From Candidatus Poribacteria bacterium (GTDB lineage: Bacteria > Poribacteria > WGA-4E > PCPOR2b), in the NCBI GenBank assembly GCA_965218095.1, contig OZ244587.1, positions 5,536,001-5,600,000 on the forward strand: a DNA stretch of 64,000 nucleotides, in the 5' to 3' direction. The position numbers were made by a program, and so were the translations under genes. The number at the start of each line of letters is the position of its first letter. Position 1 is the first letter of the stretch. The notes under the pieces are model-generated. The model ran no database searches. It had not been told where the DNA came from and saw only the letters and a program-made list of their open reading frames with translations. Of the stretch, positions 10,887 to 21,728 are shown piece after piece.

Positions 10887-12317
10887 CTAAGACGGCTGGA
10901 ATAACCGCGTTCGGGTTTCAGTCCAATCCTCCGGGAGCGGATGAAAGGCGCCTTCGCCACAGTACCCCGGTCCGATCTTGGTGGCGTGACCCTGGCCAGT
11001 GACCTGAAATCGTGTGCCATTGAGTTCTGGAAGAACGTACCGGCTAAACCAGAAAGCGAGTTGTTGGCGCATCTCCTTCACCAGCGCTTGTTTTGATTTC
11101 TCATCCACAAGGTTCTTCCGTTCGTCCGGATCGACAACTAGATCATAGAGTTCGTGGGGACCGTAAGGATAGCGATGCACATATTTCCATTCCTGTGTCC
11201 GTATCATGCGGACCGGTCCATATTCGTCGAAGATAACGACCCCATCCTGTGCATCATTTGTCTCACCGAGAAGCACCGGCAGAAAGCTTCGTCCGGGGCG
11301 CAGCGGATCTTCTGGGGTTTCCAAGCCGAGATAGTCAAGTAGGGTGAGCATGAAATCATACTGGCTCACCAACGCTTCGGTGACACGCCCTCGTGCGAAG
11401 TCTCCGGTGTGGCTCATGATAAAGGGGACTTTGACGGAGTTTTCGTACATATTTCAGAGGGAAGGTGCCATTCCCCTTGTGCCAGAAGCCGTGATGTCCA
11501 CAGGAATAACCGTTGTCGTTGCTGAAGATGATTAGCGTATTGTCCCGTAAGCCAAGCCGATTAAGCCGTTCCAAGATACGACCAAGGTTCAGATCCATCA
11601 CCGTTATCGCAGCGAAATAGCCCTTCAACGATTCCCGGTTCCCCATGTGGTTGCGAGAATCGGGTCTCGCCCAGGCGTGCAATGCTTCCTGGGGGCACGT
11701 TTTGAATGGGCAATCAGCGTAGGATCCACAATGTCCTGCGGGTGTCCGGTGAAAGGTGTGTGCGGTGCGTTGTAGTGGACGCTGAGATAGAACGACTGAT
11801 CTTTGTTCGCCTCAATAAATTGCAAGGCATCGTCCGTAATGACATCGGTGAGATAGCTAGGCTGCACGCCCACCACTCCATCACGAATCATCTCCGCGTC
11901 GTTATATTGACTTCCCCCGGTTGGCATCGAAAACCAGTGACTGAAGCCGTGCTGCTGCGTCATGCTGTCGCCGAGATGCCACTTCCCACTGAGTCCGACA
12001 GTATAGCCGTTGGCCTTCAGCACATCTGTGTAACAGGTGAGCCCCTCAAGGTATCTTGCGGGATTTGGCGGCATGTTTCCATCTCGAATCCAGTTATGCA
12101 CGCCGTGCGCCGACGGAATCCTCCCGGTCATCACGCTGGCGCGCGCCGGCGAACAGACGGGAGAGGTACAAAAAAAGTTCTCGAAACGCACGCCGGTCGC
12201 CGCTAATCGGTCAATATTCGGGGTGCGAACCTCATCATTCCCGCAGCAGCCTGCCGCCCAGGGCCCCTGATCATCCGTGAGAATAAAGATTACATTGGAT
12301 CTATTGGAATTAGACAT
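10887..12317 (-). pseudogene. Sulfatase with two frameshifts
   Basis: ILTDDQ, CSPAR, GKWHLG; the gene continues through ORFs 11625-12374, 11356-11682 and 10887-11450. Confidence 0.85.
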
Positions 12318-12476
12318 TAATTGCGTTCCTTTTTCGTCAACCTTCAGGGGTTCAGTTTCTAATTCCCATTGCAATGGTGTGAAGGTACATCTGCTTCAGA
12401 TGAATCAAATCTGACGACAAACCTTCCGAAGGTTACTGATGTTAATCGAATTCACCAATTTACCATTCACCCTTAC

Positions 12477-13961
12477 CTACATGGGCCCAATCCGTCGGGG
12501 CCCGCGGTCCATTGCCAACATTGATGCGTCATAGCTACGCTTCATCATCTCCAGCTTGAGACGCTGGAGGTCCGGTTCATCCCACAGGTTCTCAAACTCA
12601 CCCGGGTCAGTCGCCAAGTCGTAGAGCTCTCCATGTTCGTGTCCATGATATACCACCAGCTTATACCGCTCATCCCGGTACATCGTGGCAAAGGTACCAT
12701 CCGGCAGGTCAACGGCATCGTAGTACTCACAGCGGACGTAATCCCGATGATAATCAGCGGCAACCTCTCCCCTGAGGCTGAGCAGCAGCGATCGCCCCTG
12801 CATCTGCTCCGGTACGTTCAAATGAGCCAACTCCAGCAGGGTTGGCGCTTTGTCAAGCAGTTCTACCAGCGCATCGCTTTTCAACCCCTCCTCAAACTGT
12901 CCAGGCCAGGAGAAGATGAGCGGGACTCGGACCAGCCCCTCGTAGAACCGACACCCCTTCTGGATCAGCCCGTGATCGCCGAGCATTTCCCCGTGATCAC
13001 TGGTGAAGATCACCACCGTTTGTTCACGCTGCCCGGTTTCCTCCAGCACACCTAAGATACGTCCCACCTGATCATCGATCAACTTGATCATAGCGTAATA
13101 AGCGGCTTGCAGAGTTTTAGCGTTCTGTGCGCCTTGTGATGCTTGGTCAGGTTGGCCCCCTTGCTGCGGACTTTGGGGTAAGATCGGGCTGCGGATGTCC
13201 AGTTCGTCCGGAGACCGTCCCTTTGACTGGAAATCAACCGCTTCCAGCTTCTGTTGCTGTTCTAAGTCGCTTTCTCGGAAAAGCGGTCCCGGCATCTTCG
13301 ATGGCTCAAACATATCCCGGTAGGTCTTCGGCGGATTGAAGGGGGGATGGGGGTCGTAGATATTCACGCTTGCCAACCAGGGGGCATCCCGTTTTTGCTG
13401 AATAAATTCAATTGTCTTTTCCGCGCACCAGGTAGTTTGGTGGAGTTCAGCAGGAACCCCGTCAATACTTCTGGTCAACTCTCCCAGAATATACCCCTTT
13501 GACCGCGCCCAGTCTGCGTAGTCGTGTCCCTTCTCCCAGTCATCACGGGGTGCGTGGCTGTACTGCCAGTAGCGGTATCCGTCGTTCACGCGGGGTTCGA
13601 GGCGGCGGTACGCACTGGCAAGGTGTAGCTTGCCAATTAGACCGCAGTCATACCCGGCCTCGGATAGAATGCGGGTCACCAAGGGCGGGCTGTCCGGGAA
13701 GCATTCATTCCCGTTGCCGTTTACATGAACAACGCTCGGGTACATCCCAGTCAGAAAACTCGCTCGACTCGGCGTGCAGATTGGGCTCTGGCAGTAGGCG
13801 TGAGTGAAGGCTACCCCCTCCCGGACCAACCGATCGATATTCGGGGTTGAAACATGTGGGTTGCCCAGGGCACCAATCGTGTCGTAACGCTGCTGGTCTG
13901 TGCAGATCCAGAGGATGTTCGGACGCGGGCGCCCATTGTTTTTGTTGTTGTTCATAGTCAT
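12477..13961 (-). CDS. Sulfatase (Cys-type, choline-sulfatase-like)
   Basis: ICTDQQR, CTPSR, GKLH, SDHGEMLGDH, ELYDL. Confidence 0.93.
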   Translation of the reverse strand: MTMNNNKNNGRPRPNILWICTDQQRYDTIGALGNPHVSTPNIDRLVREGVAFTHAYCQSPICTPSRASFLTGMYPSVVHVNGNGNECFPDSPPLVTRILSEAGYDCGLIGKLHLASAYRRLEPRVNDGYRYWQYSHAPRDDWEKGHDYADWARSKGYILGELTRSIDGVPAELHQTTWCAEKTIEFIQQKRDAPWLASVNIYDPHPPFNPPKTYRDMFEPSKMPGPLFRESDLEQQQKLEAVDFQSKGRSPDELDIRSPILPQSPQQGGQPDQASQGAQNAKTLQAAYYAMIKLIDDQVGRILGVLEETGQREQTVVIFTSDHGEMLGDHGLIQKGCRFYEGLVRVPLIFSWPGQFEEGLKSDALVELLDKAPTLLELAHLNVPEQMQGRSLLLSLRGEVAADYHRDYVRCEYYDAVDLPDGTFATMYRDERYKLVVYHGHEHGELYDLATDPGEFENLWDEPDLQRLKLEMMKRSYDASMLAMDRGPRRIGPM

Positions 13962-14157
13962 GTTGAATCTCCTCATAGGCTTAGCAGATATGCTCCATAA
14001 ACAGTCAGCAGAGAGATTTTCTCCCGAAAATGGTTATTCCTCTGTGTACACCATACCTTCTATGTCATGTGTCTCTGATCCCTGGTCCCCACCTATGGCA
14101 TGTGTGCTTCCTCCTGAGGACCTTTCATTCCGACATACGATCCGAACTTGTAATTCT

Positions 14158-15030
14158 TCATGACTGCCAGTGTGCCGGCACAATGGCATCCGTAAATCCC
14201 AATTGCTCGGAGATCCAGCCTTCCTGATAAAGCCCATTCTTGTAGGAGGAATGTTCGCTCTGCTTCACCTCGCTTTCGCCACCTAACGCCTCGGTCAATG
14301 GTGCGAGTGCCTGTAGGTCTCCCCAAAGCAGTGTCCGCGCACGAACAGCGGGGGCAAAGAAGAGCGGGTCAAAATAGGACAGCGTCCGCTTAACTCGTGC
14401 CTGCTTCTTTGGAAAGAGACGGAGATAATCTTCAACCTCCCCAGGTACTCGCTCGCGAGCGGTGTAAAATTGCCCTGGCGCAGCCACTACATGCGTTACG
14501 TCAGGTCGGAGCGCCGCCGTCATCAGCGGCAGGTCATCTTGCTGGACCGCCGCCAACCGGGAACGGTCTGCCTCCCGCCGCGTCAGCAGGTAGTCCACCG
14601 CCCTCAACCAATCCGCGACAATGCTGCGAAAGATGTAGGTCTCAGGGGCGTCGACTCCCTCAGTCATCAAACCTGGAAACATTGCTGCGAACGGCTTGTC
14701 GGCGTTGCGCTGTCCCCGCCCGGCAGTCGAAAAGATGAGGAACCGCCCGCGCTTCTCGCTGGCATCCCCTTGCGGCAATGGATTCACGACGCTGTGATAG
14801 CCAGGCCCAAGTAGCAAGCTCGGAAACGGTCCGTCCCCGTGTGGAATGCTCAGATAACCGAACAATCGATAAGGTCCGATGCTAGTGAAGCGCACCGTGT
14901 AGCAGTCGCAGAACTCTGTAGATCGGATCGGTAAATGTTCCTCTTCGGCAGCGATGGGTACGGCTGCCAATTCACGGCAGACCTGCTGCCAGTAGTTGTC
15001 GAAATCTTCTGGTCGAGATATGTTAGACAT
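14158..15030 (-). CDS. CE7/AXE1 acetylxylan esterase homologue lacking the nucleophile motif
   Basis: RPEDFDNYW, RGQ, LSYFD motifs; no GxSxG. Confidence 0.75.
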   Translation of the reverse strand: MSNISRPEDFDNYWQQVCRELAAVPIAAEEEHLPIRSTEFCDCYTVRFTSIGPYRLFGYLSIPHGDGPFPSLLLGPGYHSVVNPLPQGDASEKRGRFLIFSTAGRGQRNADKPFAAMFPGLMTEGVDAPETYIFRSIVADWLRAVDYLLTRREADRSRLAAVQQDDLPLMTAALRPDVTHVVAAPGQFYTARERVPGEVEDYLRLFPKKQARVKRTLSYFDPLFFAPAVRARTLLWGDLQALAPLTEALGGESEVKQSEHSSYKNGLYQEGWISEQLGFTDAIVPAHWQS

Positions 15031-15121
15031 ACAGGATTCCTTTAGGATGGTTCATTTTGACATCTGAGTTTGGTTTACGCGCTAACTTCGAACTTATAGC
15101 GAGTAAAACGCGCGCTTCTCC

Positions 15122-15184
15122 CGTCAGCCTCAACGAAGTAACGAATCTCTCGCACCTCAACGAGGAGATTCTTCGCTGCGCTCT
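15122..15184. repeat. REP-like palindrome
   Basis: ACGAATCTCT...GAGATTCTTCGCTGCGCTC hairpin. Confidence 0.45.
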
Positions 15185-15374
15185 ATTAGGTTTCCAAGAA
15201 ACTACCCGCAATGAGTTCTTCTCCGAAAAGTAGGCAAGATGCAAAGATGGCGTGAGGTACTATAGTGCGTCACGCCAGAAGTATTTGGACAGTTAAATGG
15301 TCAATATAGACCCCGATCGACGATCCGGGTTTGAGCTTTGGTAACTGCCCGAGCATTTATGCTTCAAAGCACTA

Positions 15375-15502
15375 AGGTCTGTTGACAAACTCGGGGAAAT
15401 GTAGGAACAGAATGGTTCGGCGGGAGCCTCAACCGTGTTCCTCCAAATGGTGAAGGGAGGGCAAGGCTCCCGCAGCGCCTCACTTAGTTCGTCAACACGC
15501 TC
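15375..15502. mobile_element. MITE with IS5-like ends (degenerate)
   Basis: GGTCTGTTGACAAACTCGGGGAAA ... AGTTCGTCAACACGC, similar to the ends of 5184-5306. Confidence 0.55.
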
Positions 15503-15624
15503 GCTCTAGCCATGTGAGATCCCGCGTAACGGGGCGAATCTTTATCTTGCCTCCTGTATCTTACTATCGGTTGCACCACGTTCCCGACTCATTTTCAAGT
15601 CGAAATGTCGGCTTATTTTGGAAT

Positions 15625-16566
15625 TCAGCCCTCTTTTAGATGCGTTTTGAAGAAATCATCCAGGACTGTGCTATGGTGAACAATGCCGGCGTCGTGTCCA
15701 TGTCCATCATAGGGATAGAGATGTTTGTCTTCGGATGCAATGCTACGCCAGACAGCGTAGCCAGTCTCCGGCGGGCAGACGTTGTCCTGCAAACCGATGT
15801 AAACCATAATAGGGCAGGTGATACGCGGCGCAAAGTTAATGCCGTCGAAGTAAGCCAGCGTCTCGCGCACTGCAGCTTTCCGCTTTGGATAGAGCCGCAA
15901 GTAATCACGGATTTCCTGATACGGATAAGTGTGGGCCAACTCAATCGCATCCATAAACCCACAGAGGAACGGCGCACCTGCGACAGCGGCTCGCACCTCG
16001 GGTCGCAGCGCCGTTGTGGCAATCGTTAACCCCCCGCCCTGACTGCTGCCGGCTACGCCGATGCGCTCACTGTCTACCTCGTCGCGTGAAAGTAAAAAAT
16101 CAATTACCCGTATCGCATCAATATAGAAGCCGCGATAAGAGTATGTGTTACGGTCTACAATGTTATAAGTCAGCAGCCCGGGGTAACCCGGATTGAACTG
16201 TTGGTTGCTGCGAATCTTCCCACGTGGTGCAGCACCGAAAGCCGCGTAGCCTTGGCGTGCGCTCTCACGCGGGATGGATGGGTCGCTGAGGTAGCCTGGC
16301 ATGTGTACAATTGCAGGCAGTTTCCCCGATTGGTCACATGGTAAGCAATACCAGCCAGCGATGCGCACGCCGTCGATGCTGTCATAATGCACATCATAAA
16401 CTTCGACCTCTGGCGTGCAACGTATCGGCACTAACTCCATCGTCGCGTTCAGCGGAATCTGCGCTGACTCCACCAACAGGTCATCCCAGAACGCGTCGAA
16501 GTCAGGAGGCTGCGTGACTATCGTCTGGTATTGGTCAGGCGGGATTCTACTCATTTTTTTCATCAC
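15625..16566 (-). CDS. CE7 acetylxylan esterase / cephalosporin-C deacetylase
   Basis: PPDFDAFW, GSSQGG nucleophile elbow, DNVCPP, HGH. Confidence 0.9.
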   Translation of the reverse strand: MMKKMSRIPPDQYQTIVTQPPDFDAFWDDLLVESAQIPLNATMELVPIRCTPEVEVYDVHYDSIDGVRIAGWYCLPCDQSGKLPAIVHMPGYLSDPSIPRESARQGYAAFGAAPRGKIRSNQQFNPGYPGLLTYNIVDRNTYSYRGFYIDAIRVIDFLLSRDEVDSERIGVAGSSQGGGLTIATTALRPEVRAAVAGAPFLCGFMDAIELAHTYPYQEIRDYLRLYPKRKAAVRETLAYFDGINFAPRITCPIMVYIGLQDNVCPPETGYAVWRSIASEDKHLYPYDGHGHDAGIVHHSTVLDDFFKTHLKEG

Positions 16567-16676
16567 ATCTCCTTGTACTAAGAGTGCGGGGAATTTCTAC
16601 CGGTCAAGGAAATTAGAATTGACAGAAGTCATCAACAATGCTATCTTATTTAGCAGAGGAAAGGGAGGTAGTTACG

Positions 16677-17045
16677 ATGCGACTGTGGTACAGACGCACA
16701 ATTTGGCTTTGGGTTTTACTTGTCATTGGTTGTGGCGCAACGCACCAATCTGAACCAGCAAACAAACCTCCGGTCGCGGGACACGGCAACCCGTATTTTG
16801 ATCAGGGTAACACCTACCTCAAAAAAAAGGAGTATCACAAGGCAATCGAACAGTATCAGCAGGCATTGCGTTTGGATCCGGATGTTGCAATTATTCACGC
16901 TGCACTCGGTTGGGCATATTATAACGTGGGGATGCTTGATGCCGCCATTGCCGAAGGTGAAGAAGTCATGCGCTTAGAGCCAAATCACCCCGATATACCA
17001 AAGTTGATGGAATTGCTTTACCAACAACGGAATCGACAGCGGTAA
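16677..17045 (+). CDS. TPR-containing lipoprotein
   Basis: Signal peptide with VIGC lipobox; two TPR motifs. Confidence 0.8.
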   Translation: MRLWYRRTIWLWVLLVIGCGATHQSEPANKPPVAGHGNPYFDQGNTYLKKKEYHKAIEQYQQALRLDPDVAIIHAALGWAYYNVGMLDAAIAEGEEVMRLEPNHPDIPKLMELLYQQRNRQR

Positions 17046-17107
17046 GAACGTGACACGTGATGAGTGAAACGCGGAGGGGTTGATTCGCTAATTCATCGAT
17101 CGGTTCA

Positions 17108-17998
17108 TCAAGTTGTCAAAGTTCTGACAAAGTTATCCATGAACCGATCCGCATCGACAGAAACGCAGACGGAAGCGTTTGGCTCACCGTTTGTTGGGAT
17201 CGTTGCCCCACGCAGATAATCGGCGCGTGTTTCGATCTCAATCCGCATCTCACGCCTTTCGCAGAAGGTCGGATCAATCAGCATCCCAACCGCCAACGGG
17301 TCATGGAGTGTTGGGCGTGGCTCAGGGTTATCTTCTCCCCACAGATGGATCAGCTCAAAACAGATCTGGTTAATCGGACGGTCTACGGCCCCAATGGCTT
17401 TCACCTGATCATAGCGCATGACACACTTCGCCGTGACATCAAGCCCGACCATTGTGATTGGTACCCCTGTGCTGAAGACAACCCGCGTGGCTTCGGGGTC
17501 GCAGAGCGCATTCCACTCTGGGCTGACCCGATCTGTCACACCGCCCATCATACAGATCTTTGCTTTCTGTGCCAGGCGCGGCTCCGTGATGAACGCCGCG
17601 GCAATGTTCGTCAAAGGCCCGATAGGGACGAGTGTGATGTCGCCATTGCCGGACATCACCGTGTCAATGATAAAGTCAACAGCATGACCGGACTGCGGTT
17701 TGATTGATGGCTGCTGTTTCTTCAAGAGCTCCATCTGGCGTGGACGATGATTTGCTGCGACCCCTTCCCAATCTGGAATGGATTGGAGAATGGTCTTGCC
17801 GATTCCTGCATAAACGGGAATATCCGTTCGATCTAACGCCTCCAGCACACAACACGCAAGTTCTGCGCGCTCCTCCACATTCTTGAAGACCGTTGTCACA
17901 CCGAGCAAATCAATTTTACCACTTAGAATCGCAAAGGTCAAGGCAAGTGTGTCGTCAATATCGTCACCAATATCCGTATCAAGTATAATTTTCTGCAT
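17108..17998 (-). CDS. Nucleoside hydrolase
   Basis: DTDIGDDIDD, IGPLTNIA, GLDVT, HDP. Confidence 0.92.
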   Translation of the reverse strand: MQKIILDTDIGDDIDDTLALTFAILSGKIDLLGVTTVFKNVEERAELACCVLEALDRTDIPVYAGIGKTILQSIPDWEGVAANHRPRQMELLKKQQPSIKPQSGHAVDFIIDTVMSGNGDITLVPIGPLTNIAAAFITEPRLAQKAKICMMGGVTDRVSPEWNALCDPEATRVVFSTGVPITMVGLDVTAKCVMRYDQVKAIGAVDRPINQICFELIHLWGEDNPEPRPTLHDPLAVGMLIDPTFCERREMRIEIETRADYLRGATIPTNGEPNASVCVSVDADRFMDNFVRTLTT

Positions 17999-18122
17999 AT
18001 TTCCCCCGCATAAATATGAACTAACCCCGATAGCAGATCAAGATTTCATTGATTGTGAGAAGTTTACCAGAAGTTCATTAAATAATCCAGAAATAACGGC
18101 TTTGAAAGAAAGGAAACTGATA

Positions 18123-18929
18123 ATGAAAATTGGCGCTTCGACGATATTCCATCGTAACCGTCCGCTAAACTGGACGCTCTTCCATGAATTCCAGCAAGCA
18201 GGGATTGAATCGCTGGAATTGACAGATTATCACCCTGAGTTTTCGTACACAGAGCTTGAGGCATTTACAGCATTGCGCTTGGGGATGACAAACTTGTCGC
18301 TACATCTCAACTCACTTCACATTCACCTTGAGATCTTCGACAGCGACTACGATCTCGCAACGCTCGACGCCATTCAACGAGAAAAGACGCTTGTCGCCTA
18401 CTGTCAGGCGGTTAATGCCATGGAGGTCCTGGGCGGTGGTATCCTTGTGACGCATCACATCCAGATTCCTGAACCTGACGACGCGCTGCATGCGGAAAAG
18501 CGCACCGCATTTCTCGACAATTTGCACACCATTGCGCAATATGCTGCCCCCATGGGAGTTTCCTTCGCTCTGGAAAATACGCCGCGCGGCTATACCCGTG
18601 AACCCACGCGCCTTGTCCAATTGATGATGGATTTGGGTGCGCCAAACGTCGGCGTCTGTATTGATACGGGACATCACAACATCGTCGGCGACCCGGTGGA
18701 AGCCCTGCGGATTATTGGAAAACATCTGTTTACCTTACACCTGCATGACAATCACGGTGAGCAAGATGAACATCTCTGCCCCGGACTCGGTGCCATCGAT
18801 TGGAACGGCGTCGTGGGTGTATTAGGTGAGATTGAGTATTCTGGGGTATTCATGTATGAACTCAGCCGATCAGAAGATTTAGCGAGAATTCGCCCAAACG
18901 CTGACCAACTCCTAGAACGTGAAGTGTGA
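18123..18929 (+). CDS. Sugar phosphate isomerase/epimerase family protein
   Basis: ALEN, DTGH, HLHDN, DEHL motifs. Confidence 0.85.
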   Translation: MKIGASTIFHRNRPLNWTLFHEFQQAGIESLELTDYHPEFSYTELEAFTALRLGMTNLSLHLNSLHIHLEIFDSDYDLATLDAIQREKTLVAYCQAVNAMEVLGGGILVTHHIQIPEPDDALHAEKRTAFLDNLHTIAQYAAPMGVSFALENTPRGYTREPTRLVQLMMDLGAPNVGVCIDTGHHNIVGDPVEALRIIGKHLFTLHLHDNHGEQDEHLCPGLGAIDWNGVVGVLGEIEYSGVFMYELSRSEDLARIRPNADQLLEREV

Positions 18930-19086
18930 TACGTCGGTCTGTTTCCGATTTACGCTTGACTTATGGACGAACAGTTGATACAATGCGTCTCGTCGAAAGG
19001 AAGCTCATATAAATATCAATCCTGAAATCATAGAAATCAAAAATATCGTTCAACAGAACAGAGACATCCTCTAGCAGCACGGTGAA

Positions 19087-19383
19087 ATGTTGATGGAGGT
19101 TATCAAAGAACAGAATTACTTGCGCGGCGCGCTAGATCAGGTAAACGAGCGGTTTAGTTCACTCGATGCACGTATAGATTCACTGGAAAGTCGTATAGTT
19201 TCCGTGGAAAATCGAATGATTTCGCTCGAAGAGCGCATGATTTCGCTTGAGGCTTGTGTCAGTGAGGTTCAGTCACGTTTGAGCAGAAAAATTCGAGATA
19301 ACCTCAGGTGGCTGATCGGGCTGATGATTCCAGTTTGGTTTGGTATACTTGTTGCCATCATCGTTGAGTTGGTTAAGGGCTAA
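19087..19383 (+). CDS. Coiled-coil protein with C-terminal TM helix (DUF1640-like), probably 5'-degraded
   Basis: Heptad repeats; the upstream in-frame extension carries a TAG at 19072. Confidence 0.6.
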   Translation: MLMEVIKEQNYLRGALDQVNERFSSLDARIDSLESRIVSVENRMISLEERMISLEACVSEVQSRLSRKIRDNLRWLIGLMIPVWFGILVAIIVELVKG

Positions 19384-19394
19384 CGGAGGTAACA

Positions 19395-20801
19395 ATGGAA
19401 GATATACTTCACAGTTCAATCGCTCAACTCGCGGAGCTCATCCGGAGGGGGGAAATCTCCCCCGTTGAACTCATAGAAATCACATTTCAGGCGATTGATC
19501 AAAGTGAACCGCAGCTAAACGCTTTCATCACGCTGTTTCGTGAGGAAAGCCTTGAGAGCGCGAGACAAGCAGAAACAGAGATTCAGCGAGGTGAAGATCG
19601 CGGACCCTTACACGGGATACCAATTGCTCTCAAAGACATCATCTGTGTGGCTGGAACGCGCAGTACATGTGGCTCGAAGTTCTTTTCTGATGAAGCACCG
19701 CAGTTCGATGCCACGCTTGTCTCCAAGTTGAAGCGGGCGGGCGCAATTATTATCGGCAAGACGAATTTGCATGAATTTGCCTTCGGTGTGACGACGGAGA
19801 ACCCCCACTTTGGCGCAACCGCTAATCCGTGGGATACCTCCCGCGTTCCGGGAGGGTCGAGTGGCGGTTCAGCGGCAGCCATCGTCGCGGGATTCTGCGC
19901 GGGCGCGTTGGGCAGCGATACGGGTGGATCGATTCGCATTCCGGCGGCGGTGTGTGGGCATGTGGGGTTGAAGCCGACCTACGGGCGCATCAGTGTCCAC
20001 GGGGTGATTGAACTTGCGCAGTCCCTGGATTGTGTCGGTCCGATGTGCCGTCATGTTCACGATGTCGCGGTCATGATGAATGTCCTTGCCGGCTACAATG
20101 CCTGCGATGTGCATAGCGAAGATCAACCTGTGCCGGACTATACCGAAGGATTGGATCGGCCTATCGGCAGCCGAAAAGCCGGCATCCCCAAACAGCATTT
20201 CTTTGATAACCTCGACCCCGAAATCGAGCGTGCGGTGGGTGAAGCGATTAAGGTCCTGGAGGGGTTAGGAGTGGAGATTAGCGAAATCGACCTTCCGTCT
20301 GTAGAGGCAGGGCATGAGGCAACGCTGACGATTGTGATGGCGGAAGCAAGCCACTTCCATCAGCAATGGCTTGAAGACCATCGAGCGGATTACGGAGTTG
20401 ATGTGCGAGAGGTGCTCGAAGCCGGTCTGTCGTTGCTGGCGTTGGATTACGTGAAGGCAGTTCGAGCGCGAGAAATCGCAAGACGCGAATTTTCGCAGAC
20501 GTATGAGCGGGTTGATTTCATTGTATCGCCGACTACCGCTATCCCTGCTCCCCTTCGCAGCACGCATGATTTGTCTGGTAGCAGCGAGTCCAACCGCATC
20601 CGTCCACGTTTGACCCAGAATACCCGTCTCTTTAACCTGCTCGGTTCACCGTCCATCTCCGTGCCGTGTGGTTTTACGGAAGAGAGATTGCCCATCGGGC
20701 TTCAAATTGCCGGGAAATGGTGGTCTGAAAAAATGCTGCTTCAAGTTGCTCATGCTTACGAAAGGGCAACTACCTGGCACACCATGCGTCCTGCACTTTA
20801 G
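19395..20801 (+). CDS. Amidase signature family protein (GatA-like)
   Basis: ALKD, GGSSGGS, GSDTGGSIR; gatB/gatC are not adjacent. Confidence 0.9.
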   Translation: MEDILHSSIAQLAELIRRGEISPVELIEITFQAIDQSEPQLNAFITLFREESLESARQAETEIQRGEDRGPLHGIPIALKDIICVAGTRSTCGSKFFSDEAPQFDATLVSKLKRAGAIIIGKTNLHEFAFGVTTENPHFGATANPWDTSRVPGGSSGGSAAAIVAGFCAGALGSDTGGSIRIPAAVCGHVGLKPTYGRISVHGVIELAQSLDCVGPMCRHVHDVAVMMNVLAGYNACDVHSEDQPVPDYTEGLDRPIGSRKAGIPKQHFFDNLDPEIERAVGEAIKVLEGLGVEISEIDLPSVEAGHEATLTIVMAEASHFHQQWLEDHRADYGVDVREVLEAGLSLLALDYVKAVRAREIARREFSQTYERVDFIVSPTTAIPAPLRSTHDLSGSSESNRIRPRLTQNTRLFNLLGSPSISVPCGFTEERLPIGLQIAGKWWSEKMLLQVAHAYERATTWHTMRPAL

Positions 20802-20857
20802 CATAGATAGATCACCAAGTTTTCGCTGTTATTTTAACTATTGTTATGGTGTAATTA

Positions 20858-21677
20858 GGTTCTGTTGACATTTGAGTATAAGGTTGTGGCATAATAGAAG
20901 AATGATGCCAATAACCTTACCTGATGAACAATGGAATAAGATATACCGGTTTCTTCTAAGCTGTCCCACCATCTATGTTGGCGACGAAGCTGCTACACGC
21001 CGCTTCGTCGAAGCCGTCCTGTGGGTGACTCGTAGCGGGGCTCAATGGAGACTTCTACCAGACACCTATGGCAAATGGAACACCCGCTACAAGCGTTTTG
21101 CTCGATGGTGCGACAAAGGTATCTTCACACAGATGCACCCCCACTTCGCCTCTGACCCCGATATCGAGTCGCTTATTGTGGACAGTACCATCTGCCGCGC
21201 TCACCCGTGTGCGGCGGGCGCCTTAAAAAAAACGGTGGGACTGAAAACCAAGCATTAGGTCGGTTTCGGGGCGGTTTCAGTACAAAAATTCACATCACAG
21301 TTGACGGACTAGGCAATCCGCTAAGAATTCATCTGACACCCGGTCAGAGACATGACATAACTGAGGCGGAAGGGTTGATAATCGGATATAACAGTGAATA
21401 TGTGATTGGAGACAAGGGGTACGATTCGGACGCTTTTATCGCGGTTATCAAGGCGAATGGAGCGATTGCGGTGATACCGCCAAAAAGTCATCGTGTTGAC
21501 CAAAGAACGTATGACAAACACTTATACAAAGAGAGACATCGGGTTGAATGTTTCATCAACAAGATAAAATGGTATCGTCGTATCTTCTCTCGGTTTGAGA
21601 AGTTAGCTGTCCGTTATTTTGGATTTCTCAGCTTTGTCGCCACTCTTATATGGCTCCGTTGAAATGTCAACAGAACC
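20858..21677 (+). mobile_element. IS5 family element, copy 2, apparently intact
   Basis: 16-bp TIRs, TA duplication, ORFs 20872-21258 and 21207-21662, A8 slippery site. Confidence 0.95.
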
Positions 21678-21728
21678 TAACTAAAATTACAAATCTATTC
21701 CATAAACCCATTTTCAAAGGAGAGCCCA

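Noticed and set aside
19395-20801. gatA assignment
   Set aside because: No gatB/gatC nearby; generic amidase motifs only
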